Notes: generated by a model not told the origin, from the letters alone. A DNA stretch of 64,000 bases from Gloeobacterales cyanobacterium (GCA_038245785.1 JBBRSB010000001.1:160001-224000), one strand, 5' to 3'. Positions 36,901 through 47,335 are shown, counted from the stretch's first letter. A program made the numbers and translations.

Positions 36901-38589
36901 CTAGCTGCATTCTTCAGCCAAGCTTTTGCATATCGTTGCATTCTTAAAAAGCGTTCCTAGTATCTTATCGTTATAAGATTTTGTGAGTATAGCTATCACT
37001 TTTTCCACTACCTCATTCACAGCCGCATCCCAGTCATAATTGCCAGTATCAAAAGAGTAATCGTTTGCCGCTCGCTCAATATTTAGCTTTTTAAAAACCA
37101 GCATCGTAATGAATCTGTTGCCGTGAATGAGCACACCATATTTCTTACCGCTTCGTTTCAAAAGCTCCGAGGTTTGCCTCCCCAATGCTTCGTCAATTTT
37201 TCGGAGTGACAAAACAACATTGCGCAAAAAGATTCCCGTAGTGTTTGGGTTGAAAATAGTTTTATAGGGTGCCTTTGTCAAGTTTTCGAAAAACTTTCCA
37301 ATCTCCCTCTTTGCTTGGACGGCCATACTAGCTTGGCCTGTGCAACATGCAAGGGCAACTGTAGCTTCCGATAAATCTATAGCTAGATTACTAGGCTTAA
37401 AATTTTCGGAGCGCACAATGTTATAGTCTATGCCTTCAATGGCGAGTTCACTTCGCAAACGGATCTGTTGTTCATCTAGTGAGACGAAATCACGATTCTC
37501 AATTCTGTTTTGGCGATTGTTTGTTTTCGTCACATTTGCGCCGAAACTTACATCCGCACCTTCGAGAGATATGAGACGTATAGGAACTCGGACGCGCTCC
37601 AAATTTTGCCCTGCTTCAAGCTTATATCTTCCAATAACGCTTACAGTTTGTGCGCCGTTCACAATACTCACATTGGTGGCCTTGAAGGATCCGATATCCC
37701 GACCATTACCTCCGACCATTGATTTCTTGATCGTATCTGCAACAAGCGTAATGCCATTGTTAAAATACCAGAAGTGATCTGGGCATTGTTCAAGTGTGCT
37801 TTTAACCTCGTCGTTTACTTCAGTTGCTCCGAGCATCTGCCGAATATTTTTTGAGAATAACCTTTTACCCTTGTTTGCCCACCAGTTTGCAACTTCTTCA
37901 CCTGCTACCATTCCATAGAAAGCCAAATGCGGTTCTTCAAGCTTCCCCCACTGCGATAAGCCAATTTCTAAGTCTATTGGCTCTCCATCTAATCCGCTGG
38001 CTAAGCTAGAGTGGATAGTTGCTTGGTTCAGGTGATGGAAAGTGACAACATCATCATTTTCTCCATCTCCTGCGTCATTCAGTTCATTAAGAAGATCATC
38101 AATTACGCGTTGACTATGCATGCTAAGGGACTGCGATCCAGTGTGTATTAGCACTAAGTCAAATTTAGTGTCGAACTCCCCGAGCGCCGCTTCAATTACA
38201 CTTTGCTTTTTGACAACCTTGGCATTAAATCTGTCGAGGTTAAGGTTCACTAGATCGAAAACGCCATCTTTAAACTTTCTTGTTTCACTGCTCTCCGGCT
38301 CCCCATTCCCGTCTCTTTTCCACTTTGACTGAACGATCACCATTCGCTTAGTAACTGGAGAGTAGTAAACGGCATCTATGCCATTGTCTTCGCCTCCATC
38401 TACGACTGCAGCAGCGGCATCTGCTTCTGATGTACCACCAATAGAATAAATTGCGTATGCAGCCAAGCAGCGTGTCAGAACTTTTGGGTCGTATTCCTTG
38501 TCGCTTGGGCTCAAATCGGACAAATCTAGCTTATCGGCAAAAAGTCCTCGAATTTTGCTAGCAATTTGATTTACGTGAATAATGCTCAT
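36901..38589 (-). CDS. AIPR (abortive infection phage resistance) family protein
   Basis: N-terminal DG.ED.GIDA...VQSK nuclease-like motif; AIPR core LF.KNIR..LG...VN, FWYFNNGIT, IVNGAQT and NNRQN. Confidence 0.9.
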   Translation of the reverse strand: MSIIHVNQIASKIRGLFADKLDLSDLSPSDKEYDPKVLTRCLAAYAIYSIGGTSEADAAAAVVDGGEDNGIDAVYYSPVTKRMVIVQSKWKRDGNGEPESSETRKFKDGVFDLVNLNLDRFNAKVVKKQSVIEAALGEFDTKFDLVLIHTGSQSLSMHSQRVIDDLLNELNDAGDGENDDVVTFHHLNQATIHSSLASGLDGEPIDLEIGLSQWGKLEEPHLAFYGMVAGEEVANWWANKGKRLFSKNIRQMLGATEVNDEVKSTLEQCPDHFWYFNNGITLVADTIKKSMVGGNGRDIGSFKATNVSIVNGAQTVSVIGRYKLEAGQNLERVRVPIRLISLEGADVSFGANVTKTNNRQNRIENRDFVSLDEQQIRLRSELAIEGIDYNIVRSENFKPSNLAIDLSEATVALACCTGQASMAVQAKREIGKFFENLTKAPYKTIFNPNTTGIFLRNVVLSLRKIDEALGRQTSELLKRSGKKYGVLIHGNRFITMLVFKKLNIERAANDYSFDTGNYDWDAAVNEVVEKVIAILTKSYNDKILGTLFKNATICKSLAEECS

Positions 38590-38918
38590 GCTATTTTTTT
38601 GTGATTCTTGTTGTGCATAGCTATTTATTTAACCACACCTGTACTGTCTAACTCTGCAACATATGATTTATCCCCCATATGTGCATTATAGTTCCCAAAT
38701 CTTGGGGAACTATAACGAGATTCACTGATGAGTCCACTAACTTAACCACTTCGCTTATTTGACTAGGTCAGGCAAGTTGCCCAGCAAATTAGTAATGCGA
38801 AGTTGTCTATAAAGGCATCGTAAATATTCTTAACTTTCAAATAGTTATATCGTCGAATTGTCGAATTATGGAGTGAATCACAAATCTACCCTCTGGACGC
38901 AAGCTACAAAAAGCTCGG

Positions 38919-40544
38919 CTACTTTCGTGCAATTGGCATCCGCCAACCCGTGCCAAAAGCGCGGTCAGTCACTTTTAACCCTGGAGGAGCCTGACGGCGT
39001 TTGAATTCTGCAACTTGGACAAGACGCAGCACTTTCTTGACGGTCACTGGGTCAAAACCGGATTCTATCAGCTCTTCTGCTCCTTCATGCCGCTCAATGT
39101 GGTGATAGAGCAGCCCATCCAAAAGCTCATAGGGCGGTAGGGAATCCTGGTCTTTTTGGTCGGGACGCAATTCAGCAGAAGGCGGCTTTTCTAAAATATT
39201 CCAGGGAATTTTTTCCTCGTCACGATTGAGCCATTGGCAGACGCGATAGACCCACGTTTTTGGGAGGTCTGAGATAACCGCTAAGCCTCCGGACATATCA
39301 CCATAGATTGTGCAATAACCGACAGCCAGTTCTGACTTGTTGCCTGTGGTCAGCAGCATCGACCCAAACTTATTGGAGAGGGCCATCAGGAGATTGCCCC
39401 GAATCCGGGATTGAATATTTTCTTCAGTCACATCGGCTGCTCTTCCCGTGAAGGGACCCGCCAAAGTTTCTTCAAACGCTTTCATCAAAGGAGCAATCGG
39501 CAGCGTCATCGTTTCCATACCCAGATGCTTGGCAAGCTGGAGGGCATCGGTAATACTGCCTGGACTGGAATAGGGAGAAGGCATCAACACGCCCAACACA
39601 TTCTCTGGCCCTAAGGCTTCCACGGCAATCGCTGCAGTCAAAGCGGAGTCTACGCCGCCAGAAAGACCGAGTAAAACCTTCTTGAATACACATTTCTGAA
39701 CGTAATCATGGGTTCCGAGCACCAGACATTGCCATAGCTCTTTTTGGCAGTCTTCGGCGGGTAAAATAACCGGGGTTTGGTCTAAATCCACGACTAGGGC
39801 TTCTTCGGCAAACGCTTGAGCCCGTGCAAGAATCTGACCTTTGGCATTGAGGATCATGCTCTGCCCATCAAAAACTAAGTCATCATTGCCACCCACTTGA
39901 TTGACATAGACAACAGGGAGCTGGTGTTTAAGGGCTAGTTGGCTGAGCATCGATTCGCGCAACGCTTGCTTGCCTACCGTGAAAGGAGAGGCCGAAAGAT
40001 TGACCAGACACTGTGCTCCTTGCTGTACCAAGGTTGCCACTGGGTCTTGGTGATAGCGTTGGCGTTGCCAGAAATCTCGGTCGTTCCAGAGGTCCTCGCA
40101 GATACTGACCCCGACGGACAGGCCATTGATATCAAGTAGTTGCGCTTCTCTCGCTGGCTCGAAGTAACGGTCTTCATCAAAAACATCGTAGGTCGGCAGC
40201 AGAGTTTTGCGCAGAGTCGGACCAAGCTTGCCCTGATGGAGCAAAACGGCGCTATTAAACAAAGGTCGCCCCTGTTTCGCTGGATTTGGTTCGGCAATGC
40301 CCACGAGTACAGGAGGCAATCCCGCTAACCGTTGAGCTAAGTCTGCCAGAACCTTCCAGGCCCGCTGGACAAACCCTCGATCCAGCAGCAAGTCTCGGGG
40401 CGGATAACCCAAGAGCGCCAGTTCTGAAGTTATCATCAGGTCTGGATTTTGGAGGGCAGCGGTTTGGGCCTGCGCCAAAATCCGCGCTGCATTCCCTTCC
40501 AAGTCGCCAACAGTGGGATTAAGCTGTAGAAGTGCCAGTTTCAT
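38919..40544 (-). CDS. nadE: Glutamine-dependent NAD+ synthetase
   Basis: Nitrilase domain (ELALLGYPP, K.LLP.Y.VFDE, ICED) plus GLSGGVDS, TGNKSE and PPSAEL. Confidence 0.96.
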   Translation of the reverse strand: MKLALLQLNPTVGDLEGNAARILAQAQTAALQNPDLMITSELALLGYPPRDLLLDRGFVQRAWKVLADLAQRLAGLPPVLVGIAEPNPAKQGRPLFNSAVLLHQGKLGPTLRKTLLPTYDVFDEDRYFEPAREAQLLDINGLSVGVSICEDLWNDRDFWQRQRYHQDPVATLVQQGAQCLVNLSASPFTVGKQALRESMLSQLALKHQLPVVYVNQVGGNDDLVFDGQSMILNAKGQILARAQAFAEEALVVDLDQTPVILPAEDCQKELWQCLVLGTHDYVQKCVFKKVLLGLSGGVDSALTAAIAVEALGPENVLGVLMPSPYSSPGSITDALQLAKHLGMETMTLPIAPLMKAFEETLAGPFTGRAADVTEENIQSRIRGNLLMALSNKFGSMLLTTGNKSELAVGYCTIYGDMSGGLAVISDLPKTWVYRVCQWLNRDEEKIPWNILEKPPSAELRPDQKDQDSLPPYELLDGLLYHHIERHEGAEELIESGFDPVTVKKVLRLVQVAEFKRRQAPPGLKVTDRAFGTGWRMPIARK

Positions 40545-40733
40545 CGATACGGGTAATGGCTACATCCCAGCGTAGGGGAAAGACCAGAAAATCGCTGAAG
40601 TTATTTAAATGTGAAAACAAATTCAAAAATCTTTGCGACCGATAAAGCAGTGCGGGCTTGGCCTTGCTAAACTCCTCCGTACTATTTTTTTGCCAGAATG
40701 TTTTTAGAGGCATTGATCTTGCAAGGAGACAAA

Positions 40734-41351
40734 ATGGCCATCGTAAACAAATCCAATGGTCTACTCGCTGAGTTTGCCATTTTCCCTGTAAAACCTGATA
40801 AGCAAGAGGCCTTGGTAGAGCGCGTTATCGACAACATCGAGTCTGTCCTCAAACAACAACCTGGCTTTGCCTCTGGCACTGTGCACCGCAGCCGAGATGG
40901 CCTTCGGGTCACGAGCTATGTCCAGTGGATTGACCGGGACGCGTATTTAGCCAGTCAGGCCTTTGCTGATTTTGACCCACCTGATTTTCACCTCTTTGAG
41001 ATTTTTGCTGAAGAACCTGAGGGTAGTCAGCTACAGCTTTCACCAGATATGGATGGTCTTATCAACTTCGGTATCTTTAAGATAAAAGACCCAGAGAATC
41101 AGCCCCGATTCGCTGAGCTGTTTCAGAAGACGCTCAAGATGGTTTCAGGACAAGCAGGCCTTATTTCCACCCATGCTCATCGCAGCCTGGATGGCTGGCG
41201 TTGTATCAACTTTGGGCACTGGCATTCATTAGCAGAGTTCACCGCTATGGATTCAAACCGCCCCTTCTCTCCCCTCTTTGGAGAAATGCTTGAGCTGGCA
41301 GACAACGAGTATCAGCCGATGCTACATGAAGTAGTCTTTACGACTGAATAG
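40734..41351 (+). CDS. Tandem ABM (antibiotic biosynthesis monooxygenase) domain protein
   Basis: Two repeats of Q.GF/L.S...HRS.DG....Y/F..W; AAGGAG RBS before ATG 40734. Confidence 0.8.
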   Translation: MAIVNKSNGLLAEFAIFPVKPDKQEALVERVIDNIESVLKQQPGFASGTVHRSRDGLRVTSYVQWIDRDAYLASQAFADFDPPDFHLFEIFAEEPEGSQLQLSPDMDGLINFGIFKIKDPENQPRFAELFQKTLKMVSGQAGLISTHAHRSLDGWRCINFGHWHSLAEFTAMDSNRPFSPLFGEMLELADNEYQPMLHEVVFTTE

Positions 41352-41441
41352 TTTTCTTCTCTAACTAACTTGATACTACTGCATAGTCTAGTATTATCCG
41401 ACACTTAAGATAAGAACCTGCAGGGATAGATAGAGAAACTA

Positions 41442-42713
41442 TTAAGAAGCATCTTCCAAGTTGAAAAGCACCTGCAACGACTGCAGCGCACGTCTGCGGA
41501 CTTCCACATCCTGCTCTGCTCTGAGCTGAACCATCGGATCGTGGAGGATTTTGTTGACGATGGCTCGGGTGAGACCATCAAGGACGGATTGATGCTTCTC
41601 TGCAAATTCGCTACCCAGGCGAGAAAGAGCTTTTTCCAATTCCTGTTCACGAATGTTCTCTACTTTTTCCCGCAGCGAATTGATCGTCGGCACTGCTTCT
41701 AAGGCTCTGCCCCAGGCTTGGAATTCTAGAACTTCTATTTCCACCATCTTTTCTACCTGGGCGGCAATCCGGCGGCGCAAAGCTCGATTGCCTTCCACCA
41801 CTTGCTTCAAATCGTCTACGTAGTAGGCTTTGACTTGATGCAACTCTTGAACATCCGGGGCCACATTGCGGGGCACACAAATATCGAAAATGGTTAGGGA
41901 TTTGCCGTTGAGATGGGGTTCTAAGGTAGACCGTTGCAAAATTGGTTCGGGTGAAGAAGTGCTCGTAAAGACCAAGTCTGCCCTAGCAGCGGTATGCAGC
42001 AGCTCTTCCATGGGCAGGACAGGAATGACGTGCTGGAACTGAGACAACATCACTTCCGCTTTAGCCGTCGAACGATTGATTACGCGGATGCGATTGGCCC
42101 CTTTGGCCAACAAATGCTTGATCAAGAGTTCGCTCATCTTGCCAGCGCCTACTACCACGCAATCTTGGGCGTGGAGGGCTTCTGTCTTCATGCAGGCGAG
42201 TTCCACGGCAGCAGAACTTACGTTCATCGCTCCGGTAGAAATATCTGTTTCTGTCCGGACGCGCTTACCCGCCGTTAGGGCTGTTTTGAAGAGATGATTC
42301 AAAACCCGGCCTGTACCCTGTGCTTTATGGGCTAGTTGATGGGCTGTTTTAACTTGAGCCAGAACCTGCCCCTCTCCTAAAACGAGCGAATCCAAGCCAG
42401 AAGCGACCCGCATCAGGTGAGTAACCGCATCTTCATGCAGGAGGACGAATAGATGGCGACGCAAGAAATTTAAGGGAATATTGTTCTCTTCAGAAAGATA
42501 CTGAATAATTTCCTGGACCCCTTGCTGGGTATCCGTCAGAACGGCATAAACTTCCATCCGGTTACAGGTGCTGAGGATGGCTATCTCTTTGATGTGCGGA
42601 TAAAACTTGAGGGTTTGAATCGTCTGGTGGACTGCTGATTCTGGAATACTGAGCCGCTCACGAATTTCAACTGATGCTGTTTTGTGACTTAGTCCTACCA
42701 CCGCGATCTTCAT
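41442..42713 (-). CDS. hemA: Glutamyl-tRNA reductase
   Basis: [24 protein letters not shown] and NKILHDP. Confidence 0.98.
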   Translation of the reverse strand: MKIAVVGLSHKTASVEIRERLSIPESAVHQTIQTLKFYPHIKEIAILSTCNRMEVYAVLTDTQQGVQEIIQYLSEENNIPLNFLRRHLFVLLHEDAVTHLMRVASGLDSLVLGEGQVLAQVKTAHQLAHKAQGTGRVLNHLFKTALTAGKRVRTETDISTGAMNVSSAAVELACMKTEALHAQDCVVVGAGKMSELLIKHLLAKGANRIRVINRSTAKAEVMLSQFQHVIPVLPMEELLHTAARADLVFTSTSSPEPILQRSTLEPHLNGKSLTIFDICVPRNVAPDVQELHQVKAYYVDDLKQVVEGNRALRRRIAAQVEKMVEIEVLEFQAWGRALEAVPTINSLREKVENIREQELEKALSRLGSEFAEKHQSVLDGLTRAIVNKILHDPMVQLRAEQDVEVRRRALQSLQVLFNLEDAS

Positions 42714-42918
42714 GAAAGTATCCTGCGTGTCTTGCTAAGGAATTTGGCTTCTTGGAATAACTTGACCACGCTGTATTGTACGAGTGACCCTAAAGACCCA
42801 ATGCAGACATAGTGTTACAAATTGTTATTTTGCCTACCATATTTTTAACATACACAGGACCCAAGGATTGCTATCACCCCAGTAAGATATCGGCTGAAAT
42901 CCGGTCCAGGTAGCTAGT

Positions 42919-43368
42919 TTACTCCAAAAAAACCTGTCCAGAATCCAGCACACTCAGAAAGGTATTGTCGTGATCAAAGCTAAGAGCACGCTTGAAGATA
43001 ATCTGCAGTTCACCGGGTGCAGTGGCTTGGACCGTGGCATCAATCGGTCCACGGTCCGGGCGATAGAAGCTCATGTTGGTTGGAACGGGCAAACGATGCA
43101 GTGTGTATTTCGTTTTGGGAGACAAACGGCGCTCTGCCGTATCTCCCAGTACTTGATAAGTAACATCCGTACCTGTTTGGTTCACCATAGAGATGTTGAC
43201 TTGGTTCCCTGGTAGACGCACGGTTGTAGTGGGCGCTTTCAACTGATTCGGAGGGACGGGCGCGGCCTCTGGGGTTGATTGCTGGCTTTGCGCTTCGGAC
43301 CAAGCAGGCATACTCAACAAAACAAAACTACTAAGAAGCAGTAGGCTCCCGACGAAACGATTGCGCAT
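42919..43368 (-). CDS. Hypothetical secreted protein
   Basis: Start reassigned to MRNRFVG (43368), with a signal peptide and a beta-rich domain (N.T...VTYQVLGDT..R.L). Confidence 0.65.
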   Translation of the reverse strand: MRNRFVGSLLLLSSFVLLSMPAWSEAQSQQSTPEAAPVPPNQLKAPTTTVRLPGNQVNISMVNQTGTDVTYQVLGDTAERRLSPKTKYTLHRLPVPTNMSFYRPDRGPIDATVQATAPGELQIIFKRALSFDHDNTFLSVLDSGQVFLE

Positions 43369-43411
43369 AACAAGGATTCCTTTTCGGATTTCTATAGAAG
43401 CCGTGACCTGA

Positions 43412-43972
43412 TCATGATCTATTTTGTGCTTTCTCGACTTCAGCACGCAAGAAAGCGATCGCTTCCTCACACCAATCGACCTGGCCTCGCTCATAGTGGA
43501 GGCCACTGAGCAAGGTGAGGTATTGGAATTTCGAGGCTTGAGGGAGTGCTTCGGGATTTTGAAAATACTGTTGTCGGATATTTTGATAGATGGCTAAACG
43601 CTCTTGATGGGCCTGATAGTGCCGTTCCAGGTGCTTTAAAATCACGTTAGGAGACACGTAATCGCCTGCGTAGATTTTGACCAAAAGCTCTTCTTTTACA
43701 GGCATCAGCTCAGAGGGTTGGCAAATCCAATTGATTAGCTCCCTGCGCCCCACATCGGTCATCCGATAGAGCTTCTTATCCGGTTTTCCCGCCTGAGTGA
43801 CCGTTTCGTAGTGCAGCCAACCCAAAGCTTCCAGTTTAGTCAGCTCTCGATAAATTTGCTGATGACTGGCATTCCAGAAAAAACCAACGGACCCATCGAA
43901 GTTTTTTGCGAGGTCGTAGCCACTGCAGGCGCGATCCGAGAGGAAGGAGAGAATAGCGTGTGCCAGAGACAT
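43412..43972 (-). CDS. PadR/AphA-family transcriptional regulator
   Basis: MSLAHAIL, SGYDL.K.F, FFW.ASHQQIYREL and P.KK.Y..T..G. Confidence 0.93.
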   Translation of the reverse strand: MSLAHAILSFLSDRACSGYDLAKNFDGSVGFFWNASHQQIYRELTKLEALGWLHYETVTQAGKPDKKLYRMTDVGRRELINWICQPSELMPVKEELLVKIYAGDYVSPNVILKHLERHYQAHQERLAIYQNIRQQYFQNPEALPQASKFQYLTLLSGLHYERGQVDWCEEAIAFLRAEVEKAQNRS

Positions 43973-43984
43973 AGAAAAAAACTA

Positions 43985-44039
43985 TTGACGTATGCAATAA
44001 GTTGAATATACACTACGGACATAGTGCAATTAGTTGCAT
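43985..44039. promoter_or_regulatory. Divergent promoter region with two AphA/PadR-like palindromes
   Basis: TATGCA-ATAAGT-TGAATA (43991-44008) lies between TTGACG (43985) and TACACT (44009); second site GTGCA-ATTAGT-TGCAT at 44024-44039. Confidence 0.7.
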
Positions 44040-44081
44040 ATAAAACCTTGCCGAATACGGCCTGACAACAAGGAGAATGTT

Positions 44082-45515
44082 ATGACTACCACCCAATCAC
44101 AGCCCACAACGGGAACTTGGGCTAGCGCCATAGCGAAGCCTGCTACCGAGTTTGCCCTTACCCCCCTAGCGATGGTTTCAGGATCTATACCTACAGGATT
44201 GAAGGGCTCTCTTTATCGCAACGGTCCAGCGCGCCTAGAGCGTGGCGGACAGCGAGTAGGCCATTGGTTTGATGGCGATGGAGCGATCCTAGGAATTCAT
44301 TTCACTGAACGTGGGGCGTCAGGCGTCTATCGTTACGTCCAGACAGCTGGCTATCAGGAGGAAGAAGCGGCGGGTAGATTCCTTTTCAGTGGCTATGGCA
44401 TGTTGCCTCCTGGACCGATTTGGGAACGGTTTAGCAAAGGGACCAAAAATGCAGCGAATACTTCAGTCATGGCTCTTCCTGATAAGCTATTGGCGCTTTG
44501 GGAAGGAGGCCAACCACACGGACTGGACCTGAAAACCTTAGAAACTTTTGGCCTGGAAGATTTAGGAGCGTTATCAGGGGGCTTACCCTATTCGGCCCAC
44601 CCCAAGCGTGATTCACAGACCGGAGAAATTTTTAACTTTGGGGTTCTCCCTGGGCAAAATGCTGTGTTAAATCTTTATCGCAGTGAGGCATCCGGCAAGA
44701 TTGTGCAACAGGGATGCCTGGAATTAGAAGGGGTGCCGCTAGTCCATGATTTTGTCCTGGCCGGTCCATACTTGGTCTTTCTCGTTTCTCCCGTCCGCAT
44801 GAGTCCTCTACCTGTACTGGCTCGTCTGAAGAGTTTTAGTGATGCTCTTACCTGGCAGCCTGAAAAAGGAACCCAGATTTTGGTCTTCGACCGTAATACC
44901 CTTGCCCTTGTCAGTCGAGGGGAAACAGAACCCTGGTATCAATGGCATTTTGGCAATGGCTATCAAGAGGCTGATGGATCGCTTGTGATTGACTTCGTTC
45001 GCTATGAAGATTTCCAGACCAATCAGTTTTTGAAAGAAGTGGCATCGGGCGTTACTCAGACCGCAGCGAAAGGAACGCTTTGGCAGCTTCGCCTCAATCC
45101 GCAAACGGGCAAAGTGTTGCAGCTCCAAGAAGTCTGTGCGCGTACGGCTGAGTTTCCCTCGGTCAATCCCCGTGAAGTAGGGCAACCTTCGCGCTATACC
45201 TATCTGTCGATTCGGCGGTCTGGTGTAGATATCAGCAAGGAATTATTTAATGCCATTGGCCGCTTTGACCACCAGACAGGCACCTTGACGGAGGCAAAAC
45301 TGGGAGACCATCGTTACCCGATGGAACCGATCTATGCTCCTGATGCTATTAATCCCAATCAAGGTTGGATTCTCACCGTGGTGTTCGAGAGTAGCAGCCA
45401 GAGCAGCGAAGTCTGGATCTTCGACAGTGAACATCTAGATCAAGACCCTGTTTGTCGGATCGCTCTGCCGACAGTGATTCCCTTAGGATTCCACGGTACC
45501 TGGAATCCTGCGTAG
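44082..45515 (+). CDS. Carotenoid cleavage oxygenase (RPE65 family)
   Basis: LYRNGP, HWFDGDG, SAHPK, HDF, HFGN, EP and GFHG.W; AAGGAG RBS before ATG 44082. Confidence 0.93.
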   Translation: MTTTQSQPTTGTWASAIAKPATEFALTPLAMVSGSIPTGLKGSLYRNGPARLERGGQRVGHWFDGDGAILGIHFTERGASGVYRYVQTAGYQEEEAAGRFLFSGYGMLPPGPIWERFSKGTKNAANTSVMALPDKLLALWEGGQPHGLDLKTLETFGLEDLGALSGGLPYSAHPKRDSQTGEIFNFGVLPGQNAVLNLYRSEASGKIVQQGCLELEGVPLVHDFVLAGPYLVFLVSPVRMSPLPVLARLKSFSDALTWQPEKGTQILVFDRNTLALVSRGETEPWYQWHFGNGYQEADGSLVIDFVRYEDFQTNQFLKEVASGVTQTAAKGTLWQLRLNPQTGKVLQLQEVCARTAEFPSVNPREVGQPSRYTYLSIRRSGVDISKELFNAIGRFDHQTGTLTEAKLGDHRYPMEPIYAPDAINPNQGWILTVVFESSSQSSEVWIFDSEHLDQDPVCRIALPTVIPLGFHGTWNPA

Positions 45516-45533
45516 AGCTTATTTGCCAGTACA

Positions 45534-45606
45534 CGCCCCCGTTCGGCTGACGCTCAGGGAAGCCTAAATTCCCCCGAATTGGGGGGCAGGGGAGCGGGGG
45601 GATCTC
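45534..45606. repeat. Dispersed palindromic repeat family B, copy 2, with an SDR-like micro-insertion
   Basis: CCCCC[GTTCGGCTGACGCTCAGGGAAGC]CTAAATTCCCCCGAATTGGGGGG...GGAGCGGGGGGATCTC. Confidence 0.65.
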
Positions 45607-45717
45607 AGAGATTGACACAGGAATGAGATGCCTATGACAAGAGGGTTATATGACCCTAGTCAGGGAATCATACATAATGGTTATCACGCACGTGAAATGT
45701 CCTGTGAGTCCGAACAT

Positions 45718-46596
45718 ATGAATAATGCTTCTACCTCCTTCGGGACGGGAGTGTCGCCTAAAGCAGGAGATACTCCGTCTTCTCCCATAGCTGATTTTTA
45801 TCAAGAAACGTCTGCCTTAACGCGCCGTTTGTTTATTCAATTGAAGCGTCGGCCGACCACGCTGATTGCCGGAATTATCCAGCCTCTGGTCTTTTTGATT
45901 CTGTTCGGAGCCCTTTTTCAAGGGGCACCAAAGGGGACTTTTGTCCCTGGGGATAGCTACCTAGAGTTTTTAGCAGCAGGCATCATTGTCTTTACGGCCT
46001 TTGGCGGAGCCCTGAATTCTGGGGTAGCGATCATCTTTGACCGAGAATTTGGTTTTTTGAACCGGATTCTTGTAGCACCGCTGACAACACGCTTTGCGAT
46101 TGTGATGGCTTCAGCGATTTTCATCATTTTCTTGAGTTTAGTGCAAACTGCCGCTGTCCTGGCGCTGAGTCTCGTTTTAGGAGCCAAGTTTGCTGCAGGG
46201 ATTGGAGGACTCTTTGTGCTCACCTTAGCAATCGGCCTGTTGGTTTTGGGCTTTACGGCTTTGAGCCTGGGTTTAGCCTTTGGCATGCCTGGTCACGTAG
46301 AGATGTTGGCCCTAATCTTTGTTGTCAACTTGCCTCTGCTTTTTGCCAGCACGGCCCTGGCTCCAATTACCTTTATGCCTTCCTGGCTGCAGGTCGTCGT
46401 CAGCCTCAATCCCCTAACCCACGCAATCGAGCCTGTCCGCTATCTCTACACGAATAGCGATTGGAGCTGGACCACTACGATGTTCCAAGCGCCTTGGGGG
46501 GCAATGTCTCTAGAAGCTTGCCTATTCGCTTTGTTGATTTTTGATTTAGTTGCCGTCGGTCTTTCGGGTCTACTGATTAAAAAGGCCCTAGGCTAG
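45718..46596 (+). CDS. ABC-2 type transporter permease (Ycf38-like)
   Basis: QET.ALTRRLFIQL.RRP, FDREFGFLNR.LVAPL and NLPLLFASTALAP. Confidence 0.9.
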   Translation: MNNASTSFGTGVSPKAGDTPSSPIADFYQETSALTRRLFIQLKRRPTTLIAGIIQPLVFLILFGALFQGAPKGTFVPGDSYLEFLAAGIIVFTAFGGALNSGVAIIFDREFGFLNRILVAPLTTRFAIVMASAIFIIFLSLVQTAAVLALSLVLGAKFAAGIGGLFVLTLAIGLLVLGFTALSLGLAFGMPGHVEMLALIFVVNLPLLFASTALAPITFMPSWLQVVVSLNPLTHAIEPVRYLYTNSDWSWTTTMFQAPWGAMSLEACLFALLIFDLVAVGLSGLLIKKALG

Positions 46597-47328
46597 TTCT
46601 GCGAGGCCTATATAATTAATCCCTGCTGCCGTAGGTTGAAAGCGATAGGGCAGTATTTTTACGCCTACTTCTAAGGCTTGAAGGAATAGCTTCCCATAGC
46701 GGGGATCGGCTTGCGCTCCAGGAGTAAATCGTTCGCAGTCCTGTCGATTGATAAAGAATATAAGGATTGCTTCCTGACCGGATTGGACCACTTCCATCAG
46801 CTCCTCCAGGTGTTTCTGGCCTCTAGTGGTGACCGTATCGGGAAACAGAGCGGTTCTCGGGTTACTCTTGCCATCGGTCCATGTCGTATTTTTTATTTCT
46901 ACATAGACCTGTTGACCATCAGCACGGGTCAGCCGATAGTCTATCCGGCTTTTTTGAGAACCGTAGGGAACTTCTCGCTCAATCTTGATATATTCCCCTA
47001 GTTCGGAAAAGGCTTGTTTTTCTAAGCCTAAGCCAATGATTTTATTAGGCAGGTTCGTGTTGATGCCTACCCACGTTTCATCCACCTGAATCAATTCCCA
47101 GGTGTAGGCTAGTTTGCGATTTGGATTATCCGATTCGGATAGCAGGACAGGCGAGCCCATAGTACTTACGCCTGTCATCGGCCCTGTATTTGGACAATGA
47201 GCTGTTACTAAAGAACCATCGGTCAATTCCACTTCTGCGAAAAAGCGCTTGTAGCGTTTGACTAAACGTCCTTCAAGCAAAGGAGGGAACGTGTAGAGGG
47301 GAGTGTAAGGAGATGTAGAAAGTATCAT
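46588..47328 (-). CDS. sfsA: DNA/RNA nuclease SfsA
   Basis: RYKRFFA, HCPNTG.M, SRIDY, YVEIKN and FPDTVT.RGQKHL. Confidence 0.95.
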   Translation of the reverse strand: MILSTSPYTPLYTFPPLLEGRLVKRYKRFFAEVELTDGSLVTAHCPNTGPMTGVSTMGSPVLLSESDNPNRKLAYTWELIQVDETWVGINTNLPNKIIGLGLEKQAFSELGEYIKIEREVPYGSQKSRIDYRLTRADGQQVYVEIKNTTWTDGKSNPRTALFPDTVTTRGQKHLEELMEVVQSGQEAILIFFINRQDCERFTPGAQADPRYGKLFLQALEVGVKILPYRFQPTAAGINYIGLAELA

Positions 47329-47335
47329 TCCCTTT

